Below are positions 53,423 to 64,000 of a stretch of DNA of 64,000 bases, piece by piece. The first letter of the stretch is position 1. Every line of letters begins with the position of its first letter. The notes under the pieces are model-generated. The model did no database searches and was not told where the DNA came from. It saw nothing but the letters and a program-made list of their open reading frames with translations. Origin of the DNA: Gammaproteobacteria bacterium (GTDB lineage Bacteria; Pseudomonadota; Gammaproteobacteria; Eutrophobiales; Eutrophobiaceae); NCBI GenBank assembly GCA_965243205.1, contig CBDEUK010000002.1, positions 2,048,001 to 2,112,000 on the forward strand, written 5' to 3'. The translations under genes and the position numbers were made by a program.

Positions 53423-54373
53423 ATGACAGGTATGTTAAAAAAATATTCACCTCAATTGTTTGGAAAAGTTGCTGTGTTAATGGGTGGTGATTCAGCAGAA
53501 AGAACTATTTCTTTAGAAAGTGGTAATGCTGTATTACAAGCATTGCAAAATGAAAATATTGATGTCTATGAGTTTGATACAAAGTTTCGTTCGGTTACAG
53601 AACTGGTTGAAGAGCAATTTGATCGAGTGTTTATCGCATTGCATGGCAGAGGTGGCGAAGACGGTGTGACCCAAGGAGCGTTAGAGACATTAAACATTCC
53701 TTACACAGGTAGTGGTGTATTAGGTTCAGCATTAGGTATGGATAAATTACGTAGCAAGCAAGTTTGGTTAAACATAGGTTTGCCAACACCAGACTTTGTA
53801 ATGCTGAACGATGATTTTGATGTTGATGATGTTATTGAAAGATTAGGTTTGCCTATGATGGTAAAACCAGCGCATGAAGGTTCGAGTATTGGCATTAGTA
53901 AAGTCAAAACGAAAGAAGAATTATTGCCTGCTTATAAAAATGCAAAAGCTTTAGATGATTCGGTAATAGCTGAACGTTTTATTGAAGGCGGTGAATATAC
54001 TGTACCGTTATTGGATGATTTGATTTTGCCAATGATTCAATTAAAGACATCAAGAGAATTTTATGATTATGAAGCAAAATATGAATCAGATGATACGCAG
54101 TACATTTGCCCATGTGGGTTAGATAGAGATTTAGAACAAAAAATAGGTTCAATAGCATCTAAAGCCTTTTCAAGCTTAGATTGTTCGGGTTGGGGAAGAG
54201 TAGATATTTTATTAGATGAAAAATTAAATCCTTGGTTAATCGAAGTGAACACAGTGCCAGGAATGACCAGTCATAGTTTGGTACCAATGGGGGCAAAACA
54301 TTACGGAATTTCTTTTAATGAATTGGTTTTAAGAATTCTTTCGTCAACCTTATCAGTGGAGCAATTGAGATGA
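53423..54373 (+). CDS. ddl: D-alanine-D-alanine ligase
   Basis: GGDSAER, LHGRGGEDG, EGSSIG, YDYEAKY, EVNTVPGMT. Confidence 0.97.
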   Translation: MTGMLKKYSPQLFGKVAVLMGGDSAERTISLESGNAVLQALQNENIDVYEFDTKFRSVTELVEEQFDRVFIALHGRGGEDGVTQGALETLNIPYTGSGVLGSALGMDKLRSKQVWLNIGLPTPDFVMLNDDFDVDDVIERLGLPMMVKPAHEGSSIGISKVKTKEELLPAYKNAKALDDSVIAERFIEGGEYTVPLLDDLILPMIQLKTSREFYDYEAKYESDDTQYICPCGLDRDLEQKIGSIASKAFSSLDCSGWGRVDILLDEKLNPWLIEVNTVPGMTSHSLVPMGAKHYGISFNELVLRILSSTLSVEQLR

Positions 54374-55185
54374 GCGTAGCCAGTGACGAAATGTTCCGAA
54401 TTTACTCTGAAGATAGAAAAAAATCTCAAGAGACTCGTTCTAAATTAAGTAATTTGAATGCCAAATTAAACAGTTTAATTGGTTTGATATTATTGTTAGC
54501 ACTATTTAGTTTTATTGTTTTCACAATTTACTATTTATCACAACCAGATACTTTGCCTATAAAAAAAGTTCATGTGGTTGGTGAGTTTAGAAATCTTTCT
54601 CCTTCAAGATTACAAACCTTAGTAACTGATGAAGTTCGCGGGGGATTTTTTAATGTCAATGTTGTAGAGGTCAGCGACGAGCTAATGAAGTCACCTTGGG
54701 TTGAACATGTTTCTGTTACTCGTATTTGGCCTGACACATTAAGAGTGAACGTGAAAGAACGTATTGCAGTTGTACGTTGGGGAGAACATGGATTGCTGAA
54801 CTCAAATGCGATTCATTTTGTGCCTCCACCGGCAACAATTCCGCATGATCTTCCTTTATTAAACGGCCCTGAAGGTAGTTATAAATTGCTACTTGATCGA
54901 TTTAATGAGCTAAGTCTAATCCTTGATAAAGTGGATTTTAAACTTGCTGAATTAACAATGAATGAACGTAGGGCATGGAAATTTAAATTGCATACAGGTT
55001 TAGAAGTAATGATTGGTAAATCAGATTATGAAAAAAGGGTAAAGCGATTTGCCGAAGTAGTTGTAAAAGCATTGGCAGGACAAATGGATAAAGCAAAAAA
55101 AATTGATATGAGATATACCAATGGTTTCGCAATAGAGTGGGTTGGGGAAGAAGTCATGCCAACTGGAGAAAAGTTTGATGGTTAA
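54370..55185 (+). CDS. ftsQ: Cell division protein FtsQ
   Basis: TM, POTRA (PWV..VSVTRIWPD), IDMRYTNGFAI. Confidence 0.93.
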   Translation: MSVASDEMFRIYSEDRKKSQETRSKLSNLNAKLNSLIGLILLLALFSFIVFTIYYLSQPDTLPIKKVHVVGEFRNLSPSRLQTLVTDEVRGGFFNVNVVEVSDELMKSPWVEHVSVTRIWPDTLRVNVKERIAVVRWGEHGLLNSNAIHFVPPPATIPHDLPLLNGPEGSYKLLLDRFNELSLILDKVDFKLAELTMNERRAWKFKLHTGLEVMIGKSDYEKRVKRFAEVVVKALAGQMDKAKKIDMRYTNGFAIEWVGEEVMPTGEKFDG

Positions 55186-56413
55186 AAAATCAGATAAAAA
55201 TTTAATTGTTGGTTTAGATATTGGCACTTCAAAAGTGGTTGCGATTGTTGGTGAAGTAACAATCGATGAAGAAGTTGAAATCATTGGTATTGGTTCAAGC
55301 CGCTCTCGAGGGTTGAAGAAAGGTGTTGTTGTTAACATTGAATCAACTGTTCAATCAATTCAACGTGCAATAGAAGAAGCCGAGTTAATGGCTGGTTGTG
55401 AAGTGCATTCAGTATATGCTGGTATAGCGGGTAATCATATTCGTAGTTTAAATTCACATGGTATTGTCGCAATACGTGATAACGAAGTTTCTGTAACAGA
55501 CGTTGATAGAGTGATCGATGCTGCGAAAGCTGTAGCGATTCCCGCTGATCAAAAAATCCTTCATATCTTACCTCAAGAATTCATTATCGATAATCAGGAA
55601 GGTATTAAAGAACCGATTGGTATGTCTGGTGTTCGCTTAGAAGCCAAAGTGCATATGGTTACAGGTGCAGTCAGTGCCGCGCAAAATATTATTAAGTGTG
55701 TTCGTCGTTGTGGATTAGAAGTTGATGACATTATTTTAGAACAGTTGGCGTCAAGTTATTCAGTTTTAACAGATGATGAAAAAGAACTAGGTGTTTGCAT
55801 GGTAGATATCGGTGGTGGTACGACGGATATCGCAATTTTTACAGAAGGTGCTATTCACCATACTGCCAATATTCCTATTGCCGGTGATCAGGTAACGAAT
55901 GATATTGCTGTCGCATTAAGAACGCCGACTCAACATGCGGAAGACATCAAAGTTAAATATGCCTGTGCATTAACTCAATTAGCTTCAGCAGAAGAATCAC
56001 TAGAAGTGCCGAGTGTCGGTGAACGTCCAACTAGAAGATTAGCAAGACAAACATTAGCTGAAGTGGTTGAGCCACGTTATGAAGAATTATTCAATCTTGT
56101 GCAAGCAGAGCTTCGTCGAAGTGGTTTTGAAGATCGTATTGCTGCAGGAATCGTTTTAACAGGCGGAAGTTCGAAAATGGAAGGCGCTGTTGAATTAGCT
56201 GAAGAGATATTTCATATGCCAGTTCGCTTAGGGGTTCCGCAGTATGTCAGTGGTTTATCGGATGTTGTTAAAAATCCAATTTATTCAACAGGTGTGGGTT
56301 TGCTGTTATTTGGACGTAAACAGATTGATGAATCGGCACCCAAAGTCAATATGGACGGAGGGATGAAAAATATTTTTGAACGAATGAAAAGTTGGTTTCA
56401 GGGTAATTTTTAA
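55178..56413 (+). CDS. ftsA: Cell division protein FtsA (start 55178)
   Basis: GLDIGTSKV, DIGGGTTD, LTGGSS, C-terminal amphipathic MKSWFQGNF. Confidence 0.98.
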   Translation: MVKKSDKNLIVGLDIGTSKVVAIVGEVTIDEEVEIIGIGSSRSRGLKKGVVVNIESTVQSIQRAIEEAELMAGCEVHSVYAGIAGNHIRSLNSHGIVAIRDNEVSVTDVDRVIDAAKAVAIPADQKILHILPQEFIIDNQEGIKEPIGMSGVRLEAKVHMVTGAVSAAQNIIKCVRRCGLEVDDIILEQLASSYSVLTDDEKELGVCMVDIGGGTTDIAIFTEGAIHHTANIPIAGDQVTNDIAVALRTPTQHAEDIKVKYACALTQLASAEESLEVPSVGERPTRRLARQTLAEVVEPRYEELFNLVQAELRRSGFEDRIAAGIVLTGGSSKMEGAVELAEEIFHMPVRLGVPQYVSGLSDVVKNPIYSTGVGLLLFGRKQIDESAPKVNMDGGMKNIFERMKSWFQGNF

Positions 56414-56458
56414 TTTTTATTTTAATACTTATATGAAGGCAAACAGGAGGAAAAGGGC

Positions 56459-57601
56459 ATGTTTGAACTCGTAGACGCAGCAAATAACTCAGCTGTAATT
56501 AAGGTGGTTGGCGTAGGCGGCGGCGGCGGTAACGCTGTTGAGCATATGCTGGCTGGAAATATTGATGGTGTGGAATTTATCTGCGCAAATACGGATGCTC
56601 AAGCTTTAAAAAATTCATCTGCTAAAACGGTTTTACAGTTAGGTGGAGGAATAACCAAAGGTCTTGGCGCGGGAGCAAATCCTGAAGTAGGTCGACAAGC
56701 CGCTTTAGAAGATCGTGATCGCATCATGGATGTGTTGGAAGGATCGGATATGGTTTTCATCACTGCTGGTATGGGTGGGGGAACTGGAACTGGTGCAGCA
56801 CCAATCGTTGCGCAAGTGGCGAAAGAGATGGGAATATTAACAGTTGCGGTCGTTACCAAACCTTTTAGTTTTGAAGGTAAAAAACGTACCTCAATTGCAG
56901 AAGAAGGCATTAAAGAATTAACGCAATTTGTTGATTCATTAATCACAATTCCAAACGAAAAGCTTATGAGCGTATTAGGTCCAGATATGAGCCTATTAAA
57001 TGCGTTTAGTGCAGCCAATGATGTTTTATTAGGCGCAGTACAAGGCATAGCGCAATTAATAACATGTCCAGGTTTAATTAATGTCGACTTTGCAGATGTT
57101 CGAACTGTAATGTCAGAAATGGGCATGGCTATGATGGGCTCTGGTAAAGCTGACGGTGATGACCGTGCAAGAATATCTGCTGAAGCAGCAGTATCTAGCC
57201 CATTATTGGAAGATGTTAATTTAGCTGGTGCACGAGGTATTTTGGTGAACATTACTGCTGGTATGGATATGTCGATAGGCGAGTTTGACGAAGTAGGTAA
57301 TGTGATTAAAGACTTTGCTTCAGATAATGCGACCGTTGTTGTCGGTACAGTAATTGATCCGGAAATGTCTGGTGAAATGCGTGTTACAATTGTTGCGACC
57401 GGTTTGGGTAATCCAGCAGTGAAACCTGAGAGCGATTCTCGTGTCAAACTTGTGAAAACCGATACGCCAAAGGTTGATTATCGAGATTTCGATCAACCAA
57501 CTGTGATTCGTAAGCAAGCTCCGGAGCAGGAAGCTGAAAGTATAGTATCAGATCCTGATTATTTAGATATTCCAGCGTTCTTACGGCGACAGGCTGATTA
57601 A
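56459..57601 (+). CDS. ftsZ: Cell division protein FtsZ
   Basis: [31 protein letters not shown]. Confidence 0.99.
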   Translation: MFELVDAANNSAVIKVVGVGGGGGNAVEHMLAGNIDGVEFICANTDAQALKNSSAKTVLQLGGGITKGLGAGANPEVGRQAALEDRDRIMDVLEGSDMVFITAGMGGGTGTGAAPIVAQVAKEMGILTVAVVTKPFSFEGKKRTSIAEEGIKELTQFVDSLITIPNEKLMSVLGPDMSLLNAFSAANDVLLGAVQGIAQLITCPGLINVDFADVRTVMSEMGMAMMGSGKADGDDRARISAEAAVSSPLLEDVNLAGARGILVNITAGMDMSIGEFDEVGNVIKDFASDNATVVVGTVIDPEMSGEMRVTIVATGLGNPAVKPESDSRVKLVKTDTPKVDYRDFDQPTVIRKQAPEQEAESIVSDPDYLDIPAFLRRQAD

Positions 57602-57634
57602 TACTTAATAAAGATCGGTTTTGAGGCTTTAATT

Positions 57635-57683
57635 TGGTGCAGTAAAATTGCTGCTTGACAGCATTTGCTTTCTGCACCAGAAT
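57635..57683 (+). other. Imperfect hairpin in the ftsZ-lpxC spacer overlapping a possible promoter
   Basis: TGGTGCAG...TGCTG-CTTGA-CAGCA...CTGCACCA; TTGACA (57655) -17 nt- CAGAAT. Confidence 0.4.
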
Positions 57684-57729
57684 TAAATGTTAAGCGCTAG
57701 TATCTATAATAAAAGGCCAAAATAAAACC

Positions 57730-58644
57730 ATGATAAGGCAATGTACTCTAAAAAATGTCATAAGGGCTACCGGTGTAGGACTTCACACTGGTAAGAAGAT
57801 CTACCTAACATTACGTCCCAGTGCGATAAATACTGGGATTGTATTTCGCCGAACCGATCTTGATCCAGTTGTAGAAATACCAGCAAAACCTGAAAATGTA
57901 GGTGATACTCGATTATCAACTACATTAGTCAATGGTGATGTACGTATTTCGACTGTAGAGCATTTGTTATCAGCGCTAGCAGGTTTTGGCATTGATAACG
58001 CCTACATCGATCTGAGTTCTGATGAAGTTCCGATTATGGACGGTAGTGCTGGGCCATTTGTATTCTTGATCCAATCAGCAGGTGTGGAAGAACAAAACGC
58101 ACCTAAAAAATTCATCCGAATTAAAAAATCAGTAGCTGTAAATGATGATGATAAATACGCTAAATTTAAACCTTTTGAAGGGTTTAAAGTGGGTTTTACC
58201 ATTGATTTTGATCATCCTGCTTTTCACAAAGATATTTGCCAAGCCGAAATTGATTTTTCTACCACTTCATTCGTAAAAGAAGTGAGTCGTGCTCGTACTT
58301 TTGGTTTTATGCGCGATGTTGAATTACTACGTGAGCGTAATTTGGCTCTAGGTGGTAGCTTAGATAATGCAGTTGTTGTAGATGATTATCGAATCATGAA
58401 TGAAGATGGTTTGCGCTATGAAGATGAATGTGTAAAACATAAGATTCTTGATGCGATTGGCGATCTATATTTACTAGGTTATAGTCTTATTGGGGCTTTC
58501 GAAGGCTTCAAATCAGGTCACGAATTAAATAATCGACTATTAAAAGAACTATTAGCAGATGAAACTGCTTGGGAATTGGTCAGTTTTGAAGATACCAAAA
58601 CCGTTCCAATCTCATTTATGCAGGCAGCTGAAACAGCGGCCTGA
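57730..58644 (+). CDS. lpxC: UDP-3-O-acyl-GlcNAc deacetylase
   Basis: [33 protein letters not shown]. Confidence 0.98.
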   Translation: MIRQCTLKNVIRATGVGLHTGKKIYLTLRPSAINTGIVFRRTDLDPVVEIPAKPENVGDTRLSTTLVNGDVRISTVEHLLSALAGFGIDNAYIDLSSDEVPIMDGSAGPFVFLIQSAGVEEQNAPKKFIRIKKSVAVNDDDKYAKFKPFEGFKVGFTIDFDHPAFHKDICQAEIDFSTTSFVKEVSRARTFGFMRDVELLRERNLALGGSLDNAVVVDDYRIMNEDGLRYEDECVKHKILDAIGDLYLLGYSLIGAFEGFKSGHELNNRLLKELLADETAWELVSFEDTKTVPISFMQAAETAA

Positions 58645-58650
58645 TAAGAA

Positions 58651-59115
58651 TTAGGGGGGTGGTTCATTCTTAGTATGTTTGCTTAACCTAAGCAGACAAT
58701 CGCTAAGTCTGTCATCGGTTGTCGTTTTAGCAACGGCATTGAGTTCAGCAGATACTTTTTCTGAAACACTAATTCTATTTTTAGTTTTACTTCGATTGAT
58801 GCTATTGCTCGGAGAAGTAGTAACTCGAATAGTATTTACTGTTGGAAGTTTAGGGTTTGCTTGAATCGCATGTAAAATGTCTGAAGTCTTATATCGAATT
58901 CGGGTAGCCCAATTTGCATGTTGGCTTTTGATGACTAAAACACCTGCATTTAGATTGATAACTGTGCAGTGTTTTGCAAGTTCGAGCCCCAGATTTTGAG
59001 AAACAGTTGACTGTAATAAGTTAATTGTTTCAATATGTTGTAATATACTTTTTAAAGAAGAATTTGAGCGACTCACTACATCGTAAATCGCAGTCGGTTT
59101 AGAAGTTTTCGCCAT
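58651..59115 (-). CDS. DUF721/DciA family protein
   Basis: WATRIRY motif; conserved position between lpxC and M23-secA. Confidence 0.75.
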   Translation of the reverse strand: MAKTSKPTAIYDVVSRSNSSLKSILQHIETINLLQSTVSQNLGLELAKHCTVINLNAGVLVIKSQHANWATRIRYKTSDILHAIQANPKLPTVNTIRVTTSPSNSINRSKTKNRISVSEKVSAELNAVAKTTTDDRLSDCLLRLSKHTKNEPPP

Positions 59116-59168
59116 AGTGAGATAATTATACCAATAATTAGAAGTAACTATTTTAAAAAGACATTTTT

Positions 59169-60101
59169 ATGGAATTCATACTAATCAGTAATAACCAAAA
59201 ACGGCTAGATATCCGATGTAATCCGTTAACGCTTGCCTTAGCAGTTTTTGTTTTTTCTTCTATTTTATTCACCGGTATTTATCATCTTGGTACTCAACAT
59301 GGAATCGAACAATCTCATCAAAAAATCAGTAATTTCCAGCTAGAAGCAGGCAATTTATGGGAAAAAGAGATAGAGCAGCAACAAACTTTAGTAAAAGAAG
59401 CTCGAGAAGAAGCTGAAAAACATTTAGATGCAATGGCATCACGAGTCAGTAGTTTGCAGTCCCATATCTTAAGATTAAATGCTTTAGGTTCCCGCCTAGC
59501 GCAAATGGCTGAGCTTGATGAACTTGAGTTTGAGAGTCTAAAAGCCCCAGGTATCGGTGGCCCATCGCCTACTGTTTCTGTCGGTAACTCGGTTCCTGAC
59601 TTTTTAACCAACCTTGAGCAATTATCTCTTGAAATACAAGATCGAGAAGAAAAATTAACCGCTCTAGAAACATTATTAATCAATCGCTCTTTAGAATCTA
59701 AAACTTTGCCTAAAGGCAGCCCACTTAAAAAGGGTTGGATTTCATCCACCTTTGGATGGCGTACAGACCCAATTTCAGGCAAAAAAGAATTTCATGAAGG
59801 AATTGATTTTGCTGGGCGCTCTGGTTCAAAAATTACTGTTGCAGGAGCTGGTATTGTCACTTGGTCCGCGAATCGTAATGGTTATGGAAATACGATTGAG
59901 GTCGACCATGGTAATGGCTATGTAACACGATATGCTCACAATAAAGAGAATTTAGTAAAAGTTGGAGATCGAGTTGAAAAGGGGCAGGTGATAGCTTTGA
60001 TTGGTTCAACAGGTCGTTCAACTGGTTTGCATGTGCATTTTGAGGTCTTACATCACGGAAAACCTATTAACCCTAAGAAATTTATTGTTTCTAATCAGTA
60101 G
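59169..60101 (+). CDS. M23 family metallopeptidase with coiled coil
   Basis: SSTFGWR.DP, HEGID (HxxxD), YAH, STGLHVHFEV (HxH). Confidence 0.92.
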   Translation: MEFILISNNQKRLDIRCNPLTLALAVFVFSSILFTGIYHLGTQHGIEQSHQKISNFQLEAGNLWEKEIEQQQTLVKEAREEAEKHLDAMASRVSSLQSHILRLNALGSRLAQMAELDELEFESLKAPGIGGPSPTVSVGNSVPDFLTNLEQLSLEIQDREEKLTALETLLINRSLESKTLPKGSPLKKGWISSTFGWRTDPISGKKEFHEGIDFAGRSGSKITVAGAGIVTWSANRNGYGNTIEVDHGNGYVTRYAHNKENLVKVGDRVEKGQVIALIGSTGRSTGLHVHFEVLHHGKPINPKKFIVSNQ

Positions 60102-60182
60102 AATTCCTTTATCATACACCTCCCGTTGAATACCGATTTTTTGCGCTGAACTCAGCTATAAAATCCATCTAAAAATAAAACT

Positions 60183-62894
60183 ATGTTTACATCAGTTATA
60201 AAACAAATATTCGGTAGTAGAAATGACCGAGTTATCAAACGTCTGAACAAAACTGTTAATAAAATTAATGGTTTAGAAGAAGAATTCACAACTTTATCCG
60301 ATTCAGATTTCCCTAAAAAAACAGAAGACTTCCGCAATCGTATACAACAAGGCGAAACATTAGACGATATCTTGCCTGAGGCATTTGCTTTAGTACGTGA
60401 GGCTGGCAAGCGAGTTATGTCGATGCGCCATTTTGACGTGCAATTAATTGGGGCCATGGTGCTGCATGAAGGAAATATTGCTGAAATGCGTACTGGTGAA
60501 GGTAAGACTTTAGTTGCCACACTAGCAGCCTATTTAAATGCACTGCCAGGAAAAGGTGTACATGTCATTACAGTGAATGACTATTTAGCGAAACGTGATT
60601 CTGAATGGATGGGACAATTATATGGTTTTTTAGGTTTATCCACTGGAGTAATTATTTCAGGTTTGAGCCCAGCAGAAAGAAAAGCTGCCTATGCTGCCGA
60701 TATTACTTACGGAACCAATAATGAATTTGGTTTCGATTACCTACGTGACAATATGGCTTTTAGTGATGAAGACAGGGTGCAAAGAGAAAAAGTATTTGCC
60801 ATTGTTGATGAGGTAGATTCGATTTTAATCGATGAAGCACGTACACCATTAATTATCTCTGGGCCTGTTGATGATCGTTCTGATCTATACATTAGTATTA
60901 ATAAAGTTGTTCCTCATTTAACCAAACAAGAAATTGAAGATGGTCCTGGTGATTACACTTTGGATGAAAAAAGTAAACAGGCTTATCTAACTGAGGAAGG
61001 CAATGAAAAAGTTGAAAAGCTTTTGGTTGAAGCAGGCATTATTGAAGATACTCAAAGTCTATATGATCCATCAAACATCACAGTACTTCATCACTTAAAC
61101 GCTGGTCTCAGGGCTCATACCTTATTTCAAAAAGATGTTGAATACGTTGTAGCTAATAACGAAGTTATGATTGTAGATGAATTTACTGGCCGTACTATGC
61201 CAGGACGTCGTTGGTCTGATGGATTACATCAAGCGATAGAGGCTAAAGAAGGCGTTCCGATACAAAACGAGAATCAGACTTTAGCAACGATTACTTATCA
61301 AAATTACTTTAGGTTATACGATAAATTATCGGGTATGACCGGTACTGCGGATACTGAAGCGTTTGAATTTCAGCAAATCTATGGTTTAGAAGTCATTGTT
61401 ATCCCAACTAACCTGCCAATGGTTAGAAATGATATGAGTGATATGATCTTTCTAAAAGCGGAAGATAAATTTAAAGCAATAATTGAAGATATCAAAGATT
61501 GTCAACTACGTGGTCAACCAGTTTTAGTTGGCACAGCTTCGATCGAAGTTTCAGAATACTTATCTAAATTATTAAACAAAGAAAAAATTAAACACCAAGT
61601 TTTAAACGCAAAATTTCATGAAAAGGAAGCAGACATTATTCGTGATGCTGGAGAACCAGGCACAGTAACTATTGCAACTAATATGGCAGGCCGTGGTACT
61701 GATATTGTATTAGGTGGAAATGCTGAAGCGAAAATTAAAGAACAAGCTTTGGAAGAAACTTCAGATGAAGTTCAGAAATTAAGAAGTGAATGGGAAAAGA
61801 CGAATAAACAAGTTTTAGAAAATGGCGGTTTACATATCATTGGTACTGAAAGACATGAGTCTAGACGGATTGATAACCAATTGAGAGGCCGTGCAGGACG
61901 TCAAGGTGATGCGGGCTCAAGTCGTTTTTATCTTTCTTTAGAAGATAGTTTAATGCGTATATTTGCTTCTGATTGGGTAAGTAATATGATGGGCAAACTG
62001 GGTATGGAAGATGGAGAGGCTATCGAATCAAATCTTGTTTCCCGAGCAATTGAAAATGCACAACGTAAAGTTGAAGCTCATAACTTTGATATTAGAAAAC
62101 ATTTATTAGAATTTGATGATGTTGCAAATGATCAAAGGAAAGTGGTTTACGAACAACGTGATGAGTTATTAACGACTGAAGATGTTTCAGAAAATATAGA
62201 AGCAATGCATGATGATGTTATCAATGGAATGATTGATAGTTATATACCACCAGGTAGCGTAGATGAATTATGGGATCCTCAAGGTTTAACTGAAGCTATA
62301 AAGAATCAGCTCGACCAAGATTTAGATATTAGTGATTGGTTAAATACAGATAAAAATTTAGATGAACAAAAATTACGTGAAAAAATATTTTCTGAATTAA
62401 ATTCCTTAAGAAAATCAAGGCATGGACATGTTCCTGATCAGTTGATGAGGCGTTTGGAAAAACAATTGATGTTAGATGTTCTTGATCGACACTGGAAAGA
62501 ACATTTAATTGCGATGGATCATTTACGTCAAGGAATTCATTTAAGAAGTTACGCGCAAAAAAATCCAAAACAAGAATATAAGCGTGAAGCGTTTGAAATG
62601 TTTGTTGACATGCTTGAAGGCATTAAACAAGATGTCATTTCGTTTCTTTATAAAGTTCAGATTAGAAATGAAAATGATGTCGAAGCTGCAGAACAAAGAC
62701 AGCAACCACAACAAGATATGCAGTATAACTCGCCGAACTCTACAAGTGCCTTACAACCACAAGAAGCAGAGAAAAAAGCACCAGAAAAAAATACTCAGGC
62801 TCCGTTTGTACGTGGTCAAAAGAAGATCGGTCGCAATGAACCTTGTCCTTGCGGTTCAGGAAAAAAATATAAACAATGTCATGGTAAGATTTAG
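60183..62894 (+). CDS. secA: Preprotein translocase ATPase SecA
   Basis: [48 protein letters not shown]. Confidence 0.99.
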   Translation: MFTSVIKQIFGSRNDRVIKRLNKTVNKINGLEEEFTTLSDSDFPKKTEDFRNRIQQGETLDDILPEAFALVREAGKRVMSMRHFDVQLIGAMVLHEGNIAEMRTGEGKTLVATLAAYLNALPGKGVHVITVNDYLAKRDSEWMGQLYGFLGLSTGVIISGLSPAERKAAYAADITYGTNNEFGFDYLRDNMAFSDEDRVQREKVFAIVDEVDSILIDEARTPLIISGPVDDRSDLYISINKVVPHLTKQEIEDGPGDYTLDEKSKQAYLTEEGNEKVEKLLVEAGIIEDTQSLYDPSNITVLHHLNAGLRAHTLFQKDVEYVVANNEVMIVDEFTGRTMPGRRWSDGLHQAIEAKEGVPIQNENQTLATITYQNYFRLYDKLSGMTGTADTEAFEFQQIYGLEVIVIPTNLPMVRNDMSDMIFLKAEDKFKAIIEDIKDCQLRGQPVLVGTASIEVSEYLSKLLNKEKIKHQVLNAKFHEKEADIIRDAGEPGTVTIATNMAGRGTDIVLGGNAEAKIKEQALEETSDEVQKLRSEWEKTNKQVLENGGLHIIGTERHESRRIDNQLRGRAGRQGDAGSSRFYLSLEDSLMRIFASDWVSNMMGKLGMEDGEAIESNLVSRAIENAQRKVEAHNFDIRKHLLEFDDVANDQRKVVYEQRDELLTTEDVSENIEAMHDDVINGMIDSYIPPGSVDELWDPQGLTEAIKNQLDQDLDISDWLNTDKNLDEQKLREKIFSELNSLRKSRHGHVPDQLMRRLEKQLMLDVLDRHWKEHLIAMDHLRQGIHLRSYAQKNPKQEYKREAFEMFVDMLEGIKQDVISFLYKVQIRNENDVEAAEQRQQPQQDMQYNSPNSTSALQPQEAEKKAPEKNTQAPFVRGQKKIGRNEPCPCGSGKKYKQCHGKI

Positions 62895-62906
62895 TTAGTT
62901 TAAACG

Positions 62907-64000
62907 ATGCCTATTGGATTAACTTCTACAGAAAATCCTTTGCCAATAGAAGGCGTACGTTTTTCTGCAGCAAATGCTGGTCTTTATAAAAATAAACCTC
63001 GAAATGATTTAGTGCTAATTGAATTATCTGAGTCTACTCAAACTGCTGCTGTCTTTACAAAAAATGCATTTTGTGCTGCTCCCGTTATTATTGCTAAATC
63101 ACACCTATTAAAATCAAATCCTAAATACCTTTTAATCAATGCCGGTAATGCAAATGCAGGTACAGGTAGTATTGGGTTGAATGACGCGCAGAAATGCTGT
63201 GATAGTTTAGCTGAACTATGTAATGCTAATTCAAATGAAATATTACCATTTTCAACTGGAGTGATTGGTGAAAAATTACCGATAGATTTAATTGAACAGA
63301 AATTTTCAGAGTTATTAAATAACTTAGATGCTAATTCTATTCAATTAGCTGCAGAAGCAATTAAAACAACAGACACAGTCTCTAAAATAATCAGTAAGCA
63401 AGTTAATATAAATGGTGAAATCGTTACTATAACAGGTATAGCTAAAGGTTCAGGAATGATTCGTCCTGATATGGCAACCATGCTTTCTTATATTTTTACT
63501 GATGTCAAAATAGAAAAGCAATTATTAACTAAACTACTAAATGATTTAGTTGAAGAAAGCTTTCACAGAATCACCGTTGATAGTGATACCTCGACCAATG
63601 ATTCATGTTTATTAGCAGCAACTGGTAAATCATCTATAGAAATAACGCAAGATAATCTTCAAAAGTTCTATCCAATATTAAAAGAAGTTTTTGTATTCTT
63701 AGCTCAGGCAATTGTCAGAGATGGAGAGGGCGCGAGTAAATTTATTTCTATTAATATATCTAATGCTGAGAGTTTAAAGGAAGCTTTAAATGTGGCATTT
63801 AATATCGCTCACTCACCATTAGTGAAAACGGCATTATTTGCATCAGATCCAAATTGGGGCAGGATATTGGCAGTTGTTGGTAGAAGTAGGTTAAATAATT
63901 TAGATATATCAAAAGTTAATATTGCATTAGATTCGGTTGCTGTTATTACTAACGGAGAGTTAGATAATAGCTATACTGAAGCACAAGGAGCCTCAGTTAT
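62907..64000 (+). CDS. argJ: Ornithine acetyltransferase ArgJ, truncated by window end (not in ORF track)
   Basis: Manual reading from ATG 62907: FCAAPV, NAGNANAGTG, STGVIG, KGSGMIRPDMATML, DSDTSTND, RDGEGASK, SDPNWGRI. Confidence 0.95.
   Translation, partial: MPIGLTSTENPLPIEGVRFSAANAGLYKNKPRNDLVLIELSESTQTAAVFTKNAFCAAPVIIAKSHLLKSNPKYLLINAGNANAGTGSIGLNDAQKCCDSLAELCNANSNEILPFSTGVIGEKLPIDLIEQKFSELLNNLDANSIQLAAEAIKTTDTVSKIISKQVNINGEIVTITGIAKGSGMIRPDMATMLSYIFTDVKIEKQLLTKLLNDLVEESFHRITVDSDTSTNDSCLLAATGKSSIEITQDNLQKFYPILKEVFVFLAQAIVRDGEGASKFISINISNAESLKEALNVAFNIAHSPLVKTALFASDPNWGRILAVVGRSRLNNLDISKVNIALDSVAVITNGELDNSYTEAQGASV

Noticed and set aside
56599-57447. 282-aa antisense ORF inside ftsZ
   Set aside because: Codon-register mirror of a highly conserved gene; Ser/Pro/Thr-rich with no motifs. 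Typical shadow ORF.

Overview
AT-rich (by eye roughly mid-30s % GC), densely packed core chromosome of a non-enteric Gammaproteobacterium. Gene order is Pseudomonas/Methylococcales/Chromatiales-like: yihY-arsC-wrbA-hda-perM-DUF2066-purM; rpmG-rpmB; pyrF-radC-coaBC-PMM/PGM-argB-slmA; pyrE-xth; yggT-proC-yggS-pilT-pilU-pilU2-PilZ; pyrR-pyrB-pyrC'; yqgE-ruvX; slt-cca; a complete dcw cluster (mraZ to lpxC, with murB); then dciA, an M23 peptidase, secA and a partial argJ. I saw no rRNA, tRNA, CRISPR array, IS or prophage. Three genes are missing from the ORF track: rpmG (14055-14210), argJ (62907 to the window end) and a 24-aa stand-alone pqqA (29872-29946, - strand). The pqqA is the most striking element. 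It has its own terminator and what looks like a full sigma54 architecture upstream: a -24/-12 element, an IHF-like site, and two tandem TGGTT-N6-AACCA palindromes at enhancer distance. Also notable are a small accessory patch after purM (where purN usually lies) with an XrtM-like exosortase and partner but no visible substrate, three PilT-family ATPases plus a PilZ protein, a membrane-anchored PMM/PGM, and repeated -10 hexamers 6-9 nt before start codons lacking a Shine-Dalgarno, which suggests leaderless mRNAs. All family calls come from motif recognition, not database searches.
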